Of a stretch of 44,845 bases of DNA, positions 9,089-17,495 are shown piece after piece. Below the pieces are notes generated by a model. The model was given only the letters and a program-made list of their open reading frames with translations, did no database searches and was not told where the DNA came from. Every line of letters starts with the position of its first letter. The first letter of the stretch is position 1. The stretch lies in NCBI GenBank assembly GCA_016196295.1, contig JACPYA010000076.1, positions 1 through 44,845 of the forward strand, read 5' to 3'. The position numbers were made by a program, and so were the translations under genes. The stretch comes from Candidatus Peregrinibacteria bacterium (lineage in GTDB: Bacteria; Patescibacteriota; Gracilibacteria; Peribacterales; Peribacteraceae).

Positions 9089-9382
9089 GATTGGGAAGGG
9101 AAAGAATAATGAAGAGAAGTGCGCGGGAATGGAGACATCTCCGGCTATCTCCACTCCCGATGCGCACGAGAGGCGGGTGATGCCCAGCCCCTTCTGCTGC
9201 CCGTACCGTTTGTCTTTGAGAACTTGGGTACGGGCATGAGAAGGAACTGGGTCGCACGTAAGAAAGAAAAAGAGAATGAACGAGGCCTACCGGTGAGCCG
9301 TCCGCCGAACCGCAGACTCCAACGGGAGTCGTGCGTGGATAGAAGAGGGCTGGCGCGATGCTTGGCGTGCGAGCGGGATGAC

Positions 9383-9419
9383 CCGACTTCGTCCGCTGAA
9401 GGGGACTACGCCGGGCAAG
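9383..9419 (+). repeat. REP-like palindrome family A, copy 2
   Basis: ccgacttcgtccgctgaaggggactacgccgggcaag. Confidence 0.75.
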
Positions 9420-9519
9420 ATCCACGTTCGCAAGCGGATGGAGAATCGCGTGCCTGCACGCCGTAGTGCTGCTGACCGTTCACTGATGACGGCGTTACGG
9501 CACGCAGGCGTGGGAGGCC

Positions 9520-9622
9520 GACCCTTCGACTCGCTTCGTTCGCTCAGGGTCGTTCGATCGATCATGTGATGGAAAGGAACGGATCGTGAGCGAGCCCCGC
9601 AAGTAGCGGGGCGAGTCGAACG
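9520..9622. repeat. Inverted pair of CCCTTCGACTC...GCTCAGGG-type REP-like elements
   Basis: gacccttcgactcgcttcgttcgctcagggtc and the reversed gagcga[gccccgcaagtagcggggc]gagtcgaacgg. Confidence 0.65.
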
Positions 9623-9758
9623 GCAGGAGTGGTGTCCATGCGCGACTCCAACGCTACTCACCACAAAGATTTCCGCAAGGGTATGCGGTATACCTTATGT
9701 TGTCAGGATTTAGGATCTAGGCACGAGACTGGACCGCGTAAAGGCGCGAAAGCAGCCT

Positions 9759-10676
9759 TTACGCGCCACGTGGCCGCGCAGCGGCTTTACGTGGCTCTGT
9801 GTCGCGCCCACGCGGCACAGCCGCATCCAGCTGAATTGTGTCCGCATGCGCCCACGAGACGAGGAAGTCCGCAGGCATGAGTTCCGTGATCTTCAATGCT
9901 TGGGTTTCGGAGGTGAGCAGACGGTTGTTGTACTTCCACTCGAGTTCCTTCAGGTACAGGCCGATGTTGCTCTTCCAGATGCCATGATGCTTCTGCAGCC
10001 GTTCACTCATCCACGCCCACAGTCTCTCCGCTCCATCCTTCAGCCGTTCGTTGTCCGTGAAGCGGTGAAACTTCCCGCGACAGATGAATCCCGCGTACGC
10101 TGAGAATTTCCGCTTCTCGTCTGTGAGCGGAGCATCGAAGCGGAAGCTCGCTTCGTCGTCGGGAAGCGGATCGATGAAGATGCGGTTATCCGCCAGCACT
10201 TTCACTCCGAAGATGGGGCTGTCGCCGCTCTTGCGCCCCTTGCACCCGAAGCGGCTGCGGCAGCGTCGGCAGAAGGCGCTGTCGTGGATTGCATGATCGC
10301 ATGCCTCGGGGGTCTTTAGGAGTTGCAGTTTCCCCGGCGTGAGATTCTGCGAGGCGAGCAGCATCCGGAAGCGGTCGTAGACGGCGGAGGCGAGGCGGTA
10401 GTGGTAACCCGTCATGTCCGATGCCTGCTTCGCGGTGAGGTTAAGGCAGAAGCAGAGGAGGAGGTCTGCATACTGTTTGAGCTTCGTTGCATCGGTCTTT
10501 TTCTCCGGATTGAACTTCGTGCCGCAGGCGCTGCATTTTTTGCGTCCGTCCTTGAGCGTGTAGAGCTTGGTGCGGACACGGCAGGAGGGACAGAGCAGAT
10601 GGCGAGAGCGATCCTGTGCATGGGTCTGCACTTTCTCGGTAAGTTTTGCCAAGAGGGATTCTGACCGGATAATCAC
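9759..10676 (-). CDS. IS1595-family transposase-derived protein (Zn ribbon, HTH, divergent DDE domain)
   Basis: CPSC..CSAC ribbon; CFCLNLTAKQASDMTG HTH; DGAERLW..ERLQKHHGI..LYLKELEWKYNNR matches the IS1595 C-terminal signature. Confidence 0.75.
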   Translation of the reverse strand: MIIRSESLLAKLTEKVQTHAQDRSRHLLCPSCRVRTKLYTLKDGRKKCSACGTKFNPEKKTDATKLKQYADLLLCFCLNLTAKQASDMTGYHYRLASAVYDRFRMLLASQNLTPGKLQLLKTPEACDHAIHDSAFCRRCRSRFGCKGRKSGDSPIFGVKVLADNRIFIDPLPDDEASFRFDAPLTDEKRKFSAYAGFICRGKFHRFTDNERLKDGAERLWAWMSERLQKHHGIWKSNIGLYLKELEWKYNNRLLTSETQALKITELMPADFLVSWAHADTIQLDAAVPRGRDTEPRKAAARPRGA

Positions 10677-10710
10677 GGTTGGAAACCCGATTGTACCACG
10701 GAGTCGGCTC

Positions 10711-10746
10711 GCCGGCCGTAGTCCGCCTGAGGCGGACGAAGGCTGG
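10711..10746 (-). repeat. REP-like palindrome family A, copy 3
   Basis: Reverse complement ccagccttcgtccgcctcaggcggactacggccggc. Confidence 0.75.
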
Positions 10747-10822
10747 TCCTATCCTGTGCATAGACACTAAAAAAACTCCAAGGAGAGTTCGCTTTGACGC
10801 ATTTGTTGCCCATTTCCTGTTG

Positions 10823-12295
10823 CTATCCCTTGATGACTCCGAGCGGCCGGAGCTTGGCGACTTTCAAAGAGATCCCCTCATCATGCATCACCTGCACGAC
10901 CTCGGAGACGTCCTTGTATGCGTGGGGCATCTCTTCGGCAATCGTGCGATACCCGTGAGCGCGTACCTCGACGCCGAAGCGATCCATTTCGTCGCGGAGA
11001 TTCCTCCCTTTGCACGCACGCATCGATGCATGCCTGCTCATGACTCTGCCCGCGCCGTGGCAGCAGCTCCCGAATGTCTCCGTCATCGCCTTCTGCGTGC
11101 CTTTGAGGACGTAGCTCGCCCTCCCCATATCGCCGGGAACGAGAACGGGCTGACCCGTCTCGCGGTAGATCTCCGGCAAGTCGGGATGCCCCGGCGGGCA
11201 TGCGCGGGTGGCACCTTTGCGATGAACGCAGCACATTTGTTTCTTCCCGTTGATCACGTGCTCTTCCTTCTTCGCGATGTTGTGGCAGACGTCATAGACG
11301 AGATCCATGCCGAGCGTGCGATCCGGCATGCGCAGCGTCTCGCGGAACACCTGCCGCACGACATGCATCATCACCTGCCGATTGCTCCACGCGAAATGCG
11401 CGGCAGCAGCCATTGCGGCCCAGTATTGCTCACCTTCGGGCGAATGGAGCGGCACGGAGCAGAGTTCCGGATCGGGCAGCTCGATGCCGTACTTCTCTCG
11501 CCCGATTCTCGTGAATGCATGCACGGCATCGTCGCAGACTTGGTAGCCGAGCCCCCGCGAACCGGAGTGGATGAGGACGGTGATCATGCCTTTTTCGAGA
11601 CTGAATACACGCGCGGCCTCTTCATCGAAGATTTCCTCGACTACCTGTATTTCGAGGAAGTGATTGCCGGATCCGAGAGAGCCAAGCTGCTTGCTGCCTC
11701 TCTGCTTTGCTCTGTCGGATACCGCCGAGGCATCTGCCCACGAGAGGAACCCCTGCTGCTCAATCCGTTCTTGATCTTCGGGTGAGCCGAATCCTTTGCG
11801 AATCACCACGCCGACTCCGCCGTTCAGAATACGATCAACCTCTTCGATACTGAGCGTACCGGCAGCGCCTTCCGAACCGACTCCGGTGGGAATCGCCGCG
11901 AAGAGCGCGACGACGAGGTCGCGCACCTTCGGTTTCACGTCGTCCAGATGCAGATTGCTCCGCATCAACCGCACGCCGCAGTTGATGTCATAGCCGACCC
12001 CTCCCGGCGAGATGACGCCCGTCTCGATATCGGTTGCAGCAACCCCGCCAATCGGGAATCCGTAGCCCCAGTGGATATCCGGCATGCCGAGCGAAACCTC
12101 AAGAATGCCCGGCAAGTACGCGACGTTCTTCACCTGCTCGAGCGCGCGGTCGTGGTCCAGGTCCCCCAGCATTTTTCGGGAAGCGTAGACACGGCCCGGA
12201 ACACGCATCCCGCCTTCCTTGGGGATTTCCCACGAATTTTCCGTGCGTTGTACCAAACGAATACCGCCGATGGCGAGTTCTGAATGTTTCGTCAT
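10823..12295 (-). CDS. rtcB: RNA ligase RtcB
   Basis: MPDIHWGYGFPIG, GYDINCG, GSGNHFLE, HSGSRG, HRKGAT, HGAGR, YKDV motifs. Confidence 0.97.
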   Translation of the reverse strand: MTKHSELAIGGIRLVQRTENSWEIPKEGGMRVPGRVYASRKMLGDLDHDRALEQVKNVAYLPGILEVSLGMPDIHWGYGFPIGGVAATDIETGVISPGGVGYDINCGVRLMRSNLHLDDVKPKVRDLVVALFAAIPTGVGSEGAAGTLSIEEVDRILNGGVGVVIRKGFGSPEDQERIEQQGFLSWADASAVSDRAKQRGSKQLGSLGSGNHFLEIQVVEEIFDEEAARVFSLEKGMITVLIHSGSRGLGYQVCDDAVHAFTRIGREKYGIELPDPELCSVPLHSPEGEQYWAAMAAAAHFAWSNRQVMMHVVRQVFRETLRMPDRTLGMDLVYDVCHNIAKKEEHVINGKKQMCCVHRKGATRACPPGHPDLPEIYRETGQPVLVPGDMGRASYVLKGTQKAMTETFGSCCHGAGRVMSRHASMRACKGRNLRDEMDRFGVEVRAHGYRTIAEEMPHAYKDVSEVVQVMHDEGISLKVAKLRPLGVIKG

Positions 12296-12723
12296 AGATC
12301 GAGGGTGAATGTCGCTTTCCAGCCTTCTTGCGTTTGCTTCAACTCCGCCCCGTGGTACGTCACGGCTTTGATCTCGGTTCTGTAGGGATGTTTTTTCCGA
12401 TCGAACCGCTCGCCCGTGAGAGTCGCCTGAATCGAGCAGAGCCAGTCACTGCCGTCGATGCCGAGGAAAGTGATGCGGCAGTCACGCGCGACGAAGCCGT
12501 CATCGTTGAAGAGATCCAGCGCTTTGCGCAGAAAATTGATGAAGAGTTCCTCATCCACTTGACCGAATGCTTCTATCCGCCGCTCGTCCTTCGCCTCCAC
12601 CTTGTCGAGATCCGTGATGGTGGAAAAGAGCGCCTTCGCGGCATCGGCAAAGAGTTCTTCTCTCGTCGCTCCCGTCACGCGGTATCGGATGTCGCCTGTG
12701 TGCGGGAGTTCGGTGAAGGGCAT
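12292..12723 (-). CDS. Archease
   Basis: ELPHTGD N-terminal motif and EIKAVTYH C-terminal motif; overlaps the rtcB start; start reassigned to 12723 (TAGAAT 7 nt upstream). Confidence 0.93.
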   Translation of the reverse strand: MPFTELPHTGDIRYRVTGATREELFADAAKALFSTITDLDKVEAKDERRIEAFGQVDEELFINFLRKALDLFNDDGFVARDCRITFLGIDGSDWLCSIQATLTGERFDRKKHPYRTEIKAVTYHGAELKQTQEGWKATFTLDL

Positions 12724-12794
12724 ACGAAATATTCTAGCGGAGATCATGCGGAAAACGTACCCGCGCATGCGCAATGAGCGTACAATGAACTGCA

Positions 12795-13133
12795 ATGCTC
12801 ACATGGACACCTCGCATCCTGGCCATCCTCTACATCGGCTTCATCAGCATCTTCGCGTTCGATGTCTTCGACCAGGGTTACTTCCTATGGGAAACAATTC
12901 TGGCGCTCTTCATGCACCTCATCCCTTCATACATTCTCATAGGTGCGACCGTGCTTGCATGGAAGAGGCCGAAGCTCGGCGGCATAGGGTTTCTCCTTCT
13001 CAGCATTGTCTTCACGCTGTTCTTCAAGACGTATCAAGCTGTCGTGAATTTCACGCTCGTCTCCGTGCCGCTGCTCATCATCGGGGCGCTGTTCCTCGCC
13101 GATGCATCTTTGCGGAGTCGTTTCACGCGTTGA
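12795..13133 (+). CDS. Four-TM membrane protein
   Basis: WTPRILAI..FAFDVF..MHLIPS; TACAAT 8 nt upstream. Confidence 0.8.
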   Translation: MLTWTPRILAILYIGFISIFAFDVFDQGYFLWETILALFMHLIPSYILIGATVLAWKRPKLGGIGFLLLSIVFTLFFKTYQAVVNFTLVSVPLLIIGALFLADASLRSRFTR

Positions 13134-13358
13134 GCGCTATACCCTTTCTATGGATCCACGCACAGATCGGACAGTGTGCGAAGGAAGGCGTTTCGCGGAC
13201 GATCATCATACACTGCAAATCGCAGATCGTGGAACGAGAGACAAGGGAAAGGGCGTGTCTGCATCGGTTGCTTACGACAGTATGTATCTTGCTTTGTAGG
13301 AAATAATTCACGGAAAAGGCAGGCTCTGGTAGAGTGGAGCTTTGCTTCCCTTCGTCCT

Positions 13359-13556
13359 ATGCTTCCCAACCACGTTTACAACCTCATGGAGCAGCTTGTG
13401 CAGGAGAGCCAGAGCCTCTGGCGGCTCGACCAGTACATTCGCGACGCCAAGAAGTGCAAGGACTGCAGGACGTTCTGGAAGAAGTTGAAGAAGGATAAAG
13501 AAGCGCACATCAAGGAACTCACCGCGATGGTGAAGAAGCACTGCAATGACAAATAA
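13359..13556 (+). CDS. Small helical protein with CxxC, possibly half-ferritin-like
   Basis: YNLMEQLVQESQSLWRLDQYIRDAKKCKDC..DKEAHI; pyrimidine-rich leader. Confidence 0.65.
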   Translation: MLPNHVYNLMEQLVQESQSLWRLDQYIRDAKKCKDCRTFWKKLKKDKEAHIKELTAMVKKHCNDK

Positions 13557-13571
13557 TCCTCTCTGCGCTGC

Positions 13572-14270
13572 ATGAATGCTGTTTCGTTCCCAACGGCTCG
13601 CCGACACACCCTGCACGCAGGGACGCTCGTGGCGTTCCGTCACGGGCAATCCGAATGGAACCTCGAGAACCGTTTCACAGGATGGACGGACGTACCGTTG
13701 ACGGAACAAGGAAGAAGGGACGCTGTTCTTCTCGCGGAAGCATTGCGAGATTTTCGTTTTGACAGGGCCTTTGCGTCCAGACTGGAACGCTCGCAGGAAA
13801 CCGTCCGTATCATCCTCCGAACGCTGGGACAAGAAGGCATTCCGATGGAAGTGGATTCGGCTCTCAACGAGCGCCATTACGGCGATCTGCAGGGCATGAA
13901 TAGAGTCGAGATTGCCGCGAAGTACGGCGCGGAGCAAGTGCGACTCTGGCGGCGCACATATACGGCGCGTCCTCCGAACGGCGAAAGCATCGAGGACTGC
14001 GAAGCGCGGACGTGGCGCTATATGCAGCACTATGTCCTGCCGCATGCGGAAGCCGGGAAGACCGTGCTCGTTTCCGCCCACGGCAACAGTCTGCGCCCGA
14101 TCGTCATGCATTTCGAGAATATGAGCGGCGAAGAGGTTGCGGCACTCACGATCGATTCCTGCTGCCCTCATATCTACACTCGGCGAAACGGCATGATGCG
14201 TACGGAAGTGAGGAGAGTGCCGGGCGTGTCGGTCTTCGAAGATCATCTCACCGTTCCCGCACGACGATGA
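13572..14270 (+). CDS. gpmA: 2,3-bisphosphoglycerate-dependent phosphoglycerate mutase
   Basis: RHGQSEWNLENRFTGW, LNERHYGDLQG, AHGNSLR. Confidence 0.92.
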   Translation: MNAVSFPTARRHTLHAGTLVAFRHGQSEWNLENRFTGWTDVPLTEQGRRDAVLLAEALRDFRFDRAFASRLERSQETVRIILRTLGQEGIPMEVDSALNERHYGDLQGMNRVEIAAKYGAEQVRLWRRTYTARPPNGESIEDCEARTWRYMQHYVLPHAEAGKTVLVSAHGNSLRPIVMHFENMSGEEVAALTIDSCCPHIYTRRNGMMRTEVRRVPGVSVFEDHLTVPARR

Positions 14271-14917
14271 AGCACAAAAGGAACTCCACCACCGTGCAGA
14301 TTCCCGCGGACGGAGTGGAACTCCCCGGCATTCTGATGATCCCTGGGCATGCGCGAGGACTCGTCATTTTTGCGCATGGCACGGGCAGCAGCCGCTTGAG
14401 TCCGCGCAATCAGTACGTTGCGGGCGTCTTGAACGACGCAGGCATCGCCACCCTGCTCTTCGACCTTCTCACACCGGAGGAGGATCAGACCTATGAGAAT
14501 CGCTTCAACATCGATCTCCTCACCGACAGGCTCGCGGCGGCAACACGCTGGACGATGGGTTTCTCTCAGACAAAAGACCTTCGGCTCGGATACTTCGGCG
14601 CGAGCACCGGCGCGGCATCTGCATTGCGAGATGCGGTGCAATTCCCTGCTGAAATCCGCGCTGTCGTCTCGCGCGGCGGGAGACCGGATCTTGCGATGGA
14701 TGTACTGCAGAACGTCGAGGCGCCGGCCCTGTTGATCGTTGGGGGATGCGATTATGAAGTGATCAAACTCAATCAGAAAGCCTACGACCAACTCCATCGC
14801 GCACGGGAGCGGGAGCTTGCCATCGTCGATGAGGCTACGCATCTCTTTGAGGAACCGGGGACACTTGAGGAGGCTGCACGGTTGGCGAAGGAATGGTTCC
14901 TGAAGTTTTTGCGATGA
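14267..14917 (+). CDS. Dienelactone-hydrolase-like alpha/beta hydrolase
   Basis: FAHGTGSSRLSPRN, GYFGASTG, VSRGGRPDL, ATHLFEEPG; start reassigned to 14267 (ATGA overlap). Confidence 0.88.
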   Translation: MKHKRNSTTVQIPADGVELPGILMIPGHARGLVIFAHGTGSSRLSPRNQYVAGVLNDAGIATLLFDLLTPEEDQTYENRFNIDLLTDRLAAATRWTMGFSQTKDLRLGYFGASTGAASALRDAVQFPAEIRAVVSRGGRPDLAMDVLQNVEAPALLIVGGCDYEVIKLNQKAYDQLHRARERELAIVDEATHLFEEPGTLEEAARLAKEWFLKFLR

Positions 14918-14976
14918 AAAGATCAACCCAAGCAACGTGCTTGGATATACCATCCAACAACCATGTTGCTTTCACG

Positions 14977-15474
14977 TCAATGATTGGCCCCTTGAGGTTC
15001 CTTGGCAAACAGCCAAAAACCGAGGAGCAGAAGTGCTGTCGAGAGGACGAGCGGCGTGATGACCGGCCCCGCCCACGGTACGGGCAGGAGGAAGAAAATA
15101 TCGGGATCAAGGACGCTCTTCGGCCAACCGAGCAGGATCCAGAGGAAAAAGTAGTAACCGAGATCCCATACCGCGAACGCGACGAGAAATGCACCAATCC
15201 ATTGACGAAAGGAGTTCGATGCAAGAGCTGCGACTGTCACGAGCATGATGATGGTCGCCGCTTCTCGTACCATTTCCACTGTCGCTACGGTTGCGTTCGG
15301 GAGGATGACGGTACTTGGGGAGAGGAACGCGATGACTCCGAGATTGAGCAAAACGATCGCCTGTGGCGGATCCATCGTATCCATACCAAACCATGAGCGC
15401 AGATACAGCACGACCACCGCTTCGACGAATCCGAAAGCGAGGCCGAAGAGGACAAGGAGGAGCGGACGCTTCAC
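14977..15474 (-). CDS. Conserved membrane protein
   Basis: FVEAVVVLYLR, E.VREAATI.ML, WDLGYY, FLLPVPW.GPV. Confidence 0.8.
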   Translation of the reverse strand: MKRPLLLVLFGLAFGFVEAVVVLYLRSWFGMDTMDPPQAIVLLNLGVIAFLSPSTVILPNATVATVEMVREAATIIMLVTVAALASNSFRQWIGAFLVAFAVWDLGYYFFLWILLGWPKSVLDPDIFFLLPVPWAGPVITPLVLSTALLLLGFWLFAKEPQGANH

Positions 15475-16100
15475 GTTTTGAGAATGCGAATGACTTCCTC
15501 ATCTTCCACCTGCGGGAACTCATCGAAGAACTGTCCGACCGCCATGAACCATGCAGGTGTCTGGAGACAAATCACTTCATCGGCAACTCTCTCCAGACGC
15601 TTGATCGACTCTTGCGGAGCAACGCCAATGGCAACAACGAGCTTCTTCGGCTTTTTCTCTCGAATCGCATGCAACGCCGCGAGCATCGTCGACCCCGTCG
15701 CGATTCCGTCATCCACGACGATGACGGCGCGATCCTTCGGATCGACCGGAGCACGAATGGGCGTATAGAAGGCGCGGCGCTTACGCATCGTGTCCATCTG
15801 CGTCCGCACTTCCTGTTTCAGGTATTCCTCATCGGCAACACCCTCCGCCTCGGGATTGAGCGTCACATGACCGCTCTCATCCACCGATCCGATGGCGTAT
15901 TCGGGATTCCCCGGCGCACCGAGCTTCCGGACGAGGACGACATCAAGTGCTCCGCCGAGCGCGTCCGCGATAATCTTGCCCATGGGCACGGCTCCGCGCG
16001 GGATGGCGAGGACAAGCGGAGCCATCCCTTTGTAGGGAGACAAACGTTCTGCGAGTTTCTGTGCCGCTTCTTCGCGATTGGCAAACGCTATATTGACCAT
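15471..16100 (-). CDS. Phosphoribosyltransferase family protein
   Basis: LAIPRGAV, RKLGAP, IVVDDGIATGST PRPP-binding loop. Confidence 0.92.
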   Translation of the reverse strand: MVNIAFANREEAAQKLAERLSPYKGMAPLVLAIPRGAVPMGKIIADALGGALDVVLVRKLGAPGNPEYAIGSVDESGHVTLNPEAEGVADEEYLKQEVRTQMDTMRKRRAFYTPIRAPVDPKDRAVIVVDDGIATGSTMLAALHAIREKKPKKLVVAIGVAPQESIKRLERVADEVICLQTPAWFMAVGQFFDEFPQVEDEEVIRILKT

Positions 16101-16211
16101 TATCCCACTTCAGCAACGACAAGGCGATGCGAAGAGCGTACACTGCCGATTCCGGATCCACAGGAGAAATGTGAATGGTGCACTTATGCAAAAGCAATCA
16201 CTGCTTTCAAT

Positions 16212-16250
16212 CCGACTTCGTCCCGCAAGTGCGGGACTACGCCGGACAAG
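16212..16250 (+). repeat. REP-like palindrome family A, copy 4
   Basis: ccgacttcgtcccgcaagtgcgggactacgccggacaag. Confidence 0.78.
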
Positions 16251-16293
16251 GGGTTTTTGTGTTGTGGCATTGCAAGCGAAGCCGATGGTTTGA

Positions 16294-16404
16294 CCCGCCC
16301 GAACGATCTGATCGTTCGGATCGGGCGGGTTCCCCGGAGCTTGCTCCGGAAGAGGAAGTCCAGAGCCCTGCCTGCCGGCAGGCAGGTTGCTCTGGGGTTC
16401 ATAC
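16294..16404. repeat. Cluster of nested palindromes including CCTGCCTGCCGGCAGGCAGG
   Basis: cccgcccgaacgat..atcgttcggatcgggcggg; ccggagcttgctccgg; ccagagc[cctgcctgccggcaggcagg]ttgctctgg. Confidence 0.8.
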
Positions 16405-16570
16405 CAATGATTTGAGCCTAAACAGACGCATCTGGGCCACATGGGCGCGTAAAGAACCATTGTTACGGATGGATTGTCGGGCTGGCGGAAAAAGCCGGAA
16501 AAGCTCGTAAGAAGCACTCGAGAGGCTCGTCAGAAAGGGCATCTCACTTTTTTCCTTTTCCACTTTTTTT

Positions 16571-17275
16571 ATGCAGATCCGAAAAGCTTTATCTCTCCTG
16601 GGAGTGGCGGCGGTCATGAGCGCCTTCCTTGTCACAGACAGAAACATCGCGTCTGCAAACCATACCGGGCTTTCCCGGAGGGTCCGCCTGTGTCTCTCCA
16701 TGCACTCTCCCGTCCGGTTCTTGGATGAGAGCCGCGAGGAACGCATGCGCCATCGCCGGCTCCTGCGCCAGTGCATTCGCGCAGCCATTTTTGGAGTCGA
16801 TGTTGGAAGTTCCAGCTCCAGGAGCAGCATGAGCTCGAGCTCACAAAGCAGTGTCAGCAGCAGCTCGCTCAGTTCCGTGAGTTCATCTCGTTCGTCTTCG
16901 CTCTCAAGTTCGTCCGTGAGCAGCGGCCCAAGTTCATCGTCGGTCAGCAGTAGCATCGGTTCTTCTCCGTCGTCATCGTCGATTTCATCTTCGTCTCAGA
17001 GCAGCGCCGGCACCACGCAGGCGACGGCCGCCGTGAATATCACAAACTTCGCGTTCAGCCCCGGCAGCATCACGGTCACGCGGGGTACGCGCATCACGTG
17101 GACCAATAACGACACCGCTCCGCACACGGTGACGCGTGACGGCAGTTCGGGCCCGTACAGCTCTGTCCTCACGGAGGGCGAGTCGTACTCTCGCACATTC
17201 AACGCCGTCGGCACCTTCCCGTACCACTGCGCCATTCATCCCGAGATGACAGGCATGGTGACGGTCACTCCGTAA
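16571..17275 (+). CDS. Exported cupredoxin (plastocyanin/amicyanin-like) with Ser-rich linker
   Basis: Signal peptide, poly-Ser linker, WTNND..HTVT and YHCAIHPEMTG type-1 copper ligands. Confidence 0.88.
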   Translation: MQIRKALSLLGVAAVMSAFLVTDRNIASANHTGLSRRVRLCLSMHSPVRFLDESREERMRHRRLLRQCIRAAIFGVDVGSSSSRSSMSSSSQSSVSSSSLSSVSSSRSSSLSSSSVSSGPSSSSVSSSIGSSPSSSSISSSSQSSAGTTQATAAVNITNFAFSPGSITVTRGTRITWTNNDTAPHTVTRDGSSGPYSSVLTEGESYSRTFNAVGTFPYHCAIHPEMTGMVTVTP

Positions 17276-17296
17276 CAGTCATGCATGCATGCAGAA

Positions 17297-17328
17297 AGAC
17301 CCGGGAGGAAGAGTCCTCTCGGGTTTTT
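17297..17328 (+). terminator. Intrinsic terminator
   Basis: acccgggagga-agag-tcctctcgggt followed by a T run, just after the cupredoxin stop. Confidence 0.75.
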
Positions 17329-17380
17329 AATACAGAAGGATCATAAAAATTGAAGAGAAGATAATCGCTCAGAATTTTCT

Positions 17381-17476
17381 CCCTCTCCCCCACCCCTCTC
17401 CCGCTGGGAGAGGGGTGGGGGGTGGGGGTCTCATCGGGAAGGGTTGGGGATAGGGGGCCGTTGGGAGAGGGAGGGT
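17381..17476. repeat. CCCTCTCCC/GGGAGAGGG palindromic element with G-run tract
   Basis: ccctctcccccacccctctcccgctgggagaggggtggggggtggggg plus further G runs; related copy at 18425. Confidence 0.7.
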
Positions 17477-17495
17477 CTTGCAGTATCCTTTCCCC

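Larger units (their letters stand above)
9709..10771. mobile_element. IS1595-family-like element with degenerate 27-bp terminal inverted repeats
   Basis: 9709-9735 tttaggatctaggcacgagactggacc vs reverse complement of 10745-10771 tttagtgtctatgcacaggataggacc (20/27 by manual count), enclosing a transposase-like ORF. Confidence 0.65.

Noticed and set aside
10823-12295. Intein or intron in rtcB
   Set aside because: 490 aa with contiguous motifs; no insertion evident
16808-17010. Ser-rich low-complexity tract as a DNA repeat element
   Set aside because: Mixed Ser codons in frame; it is a protein linker
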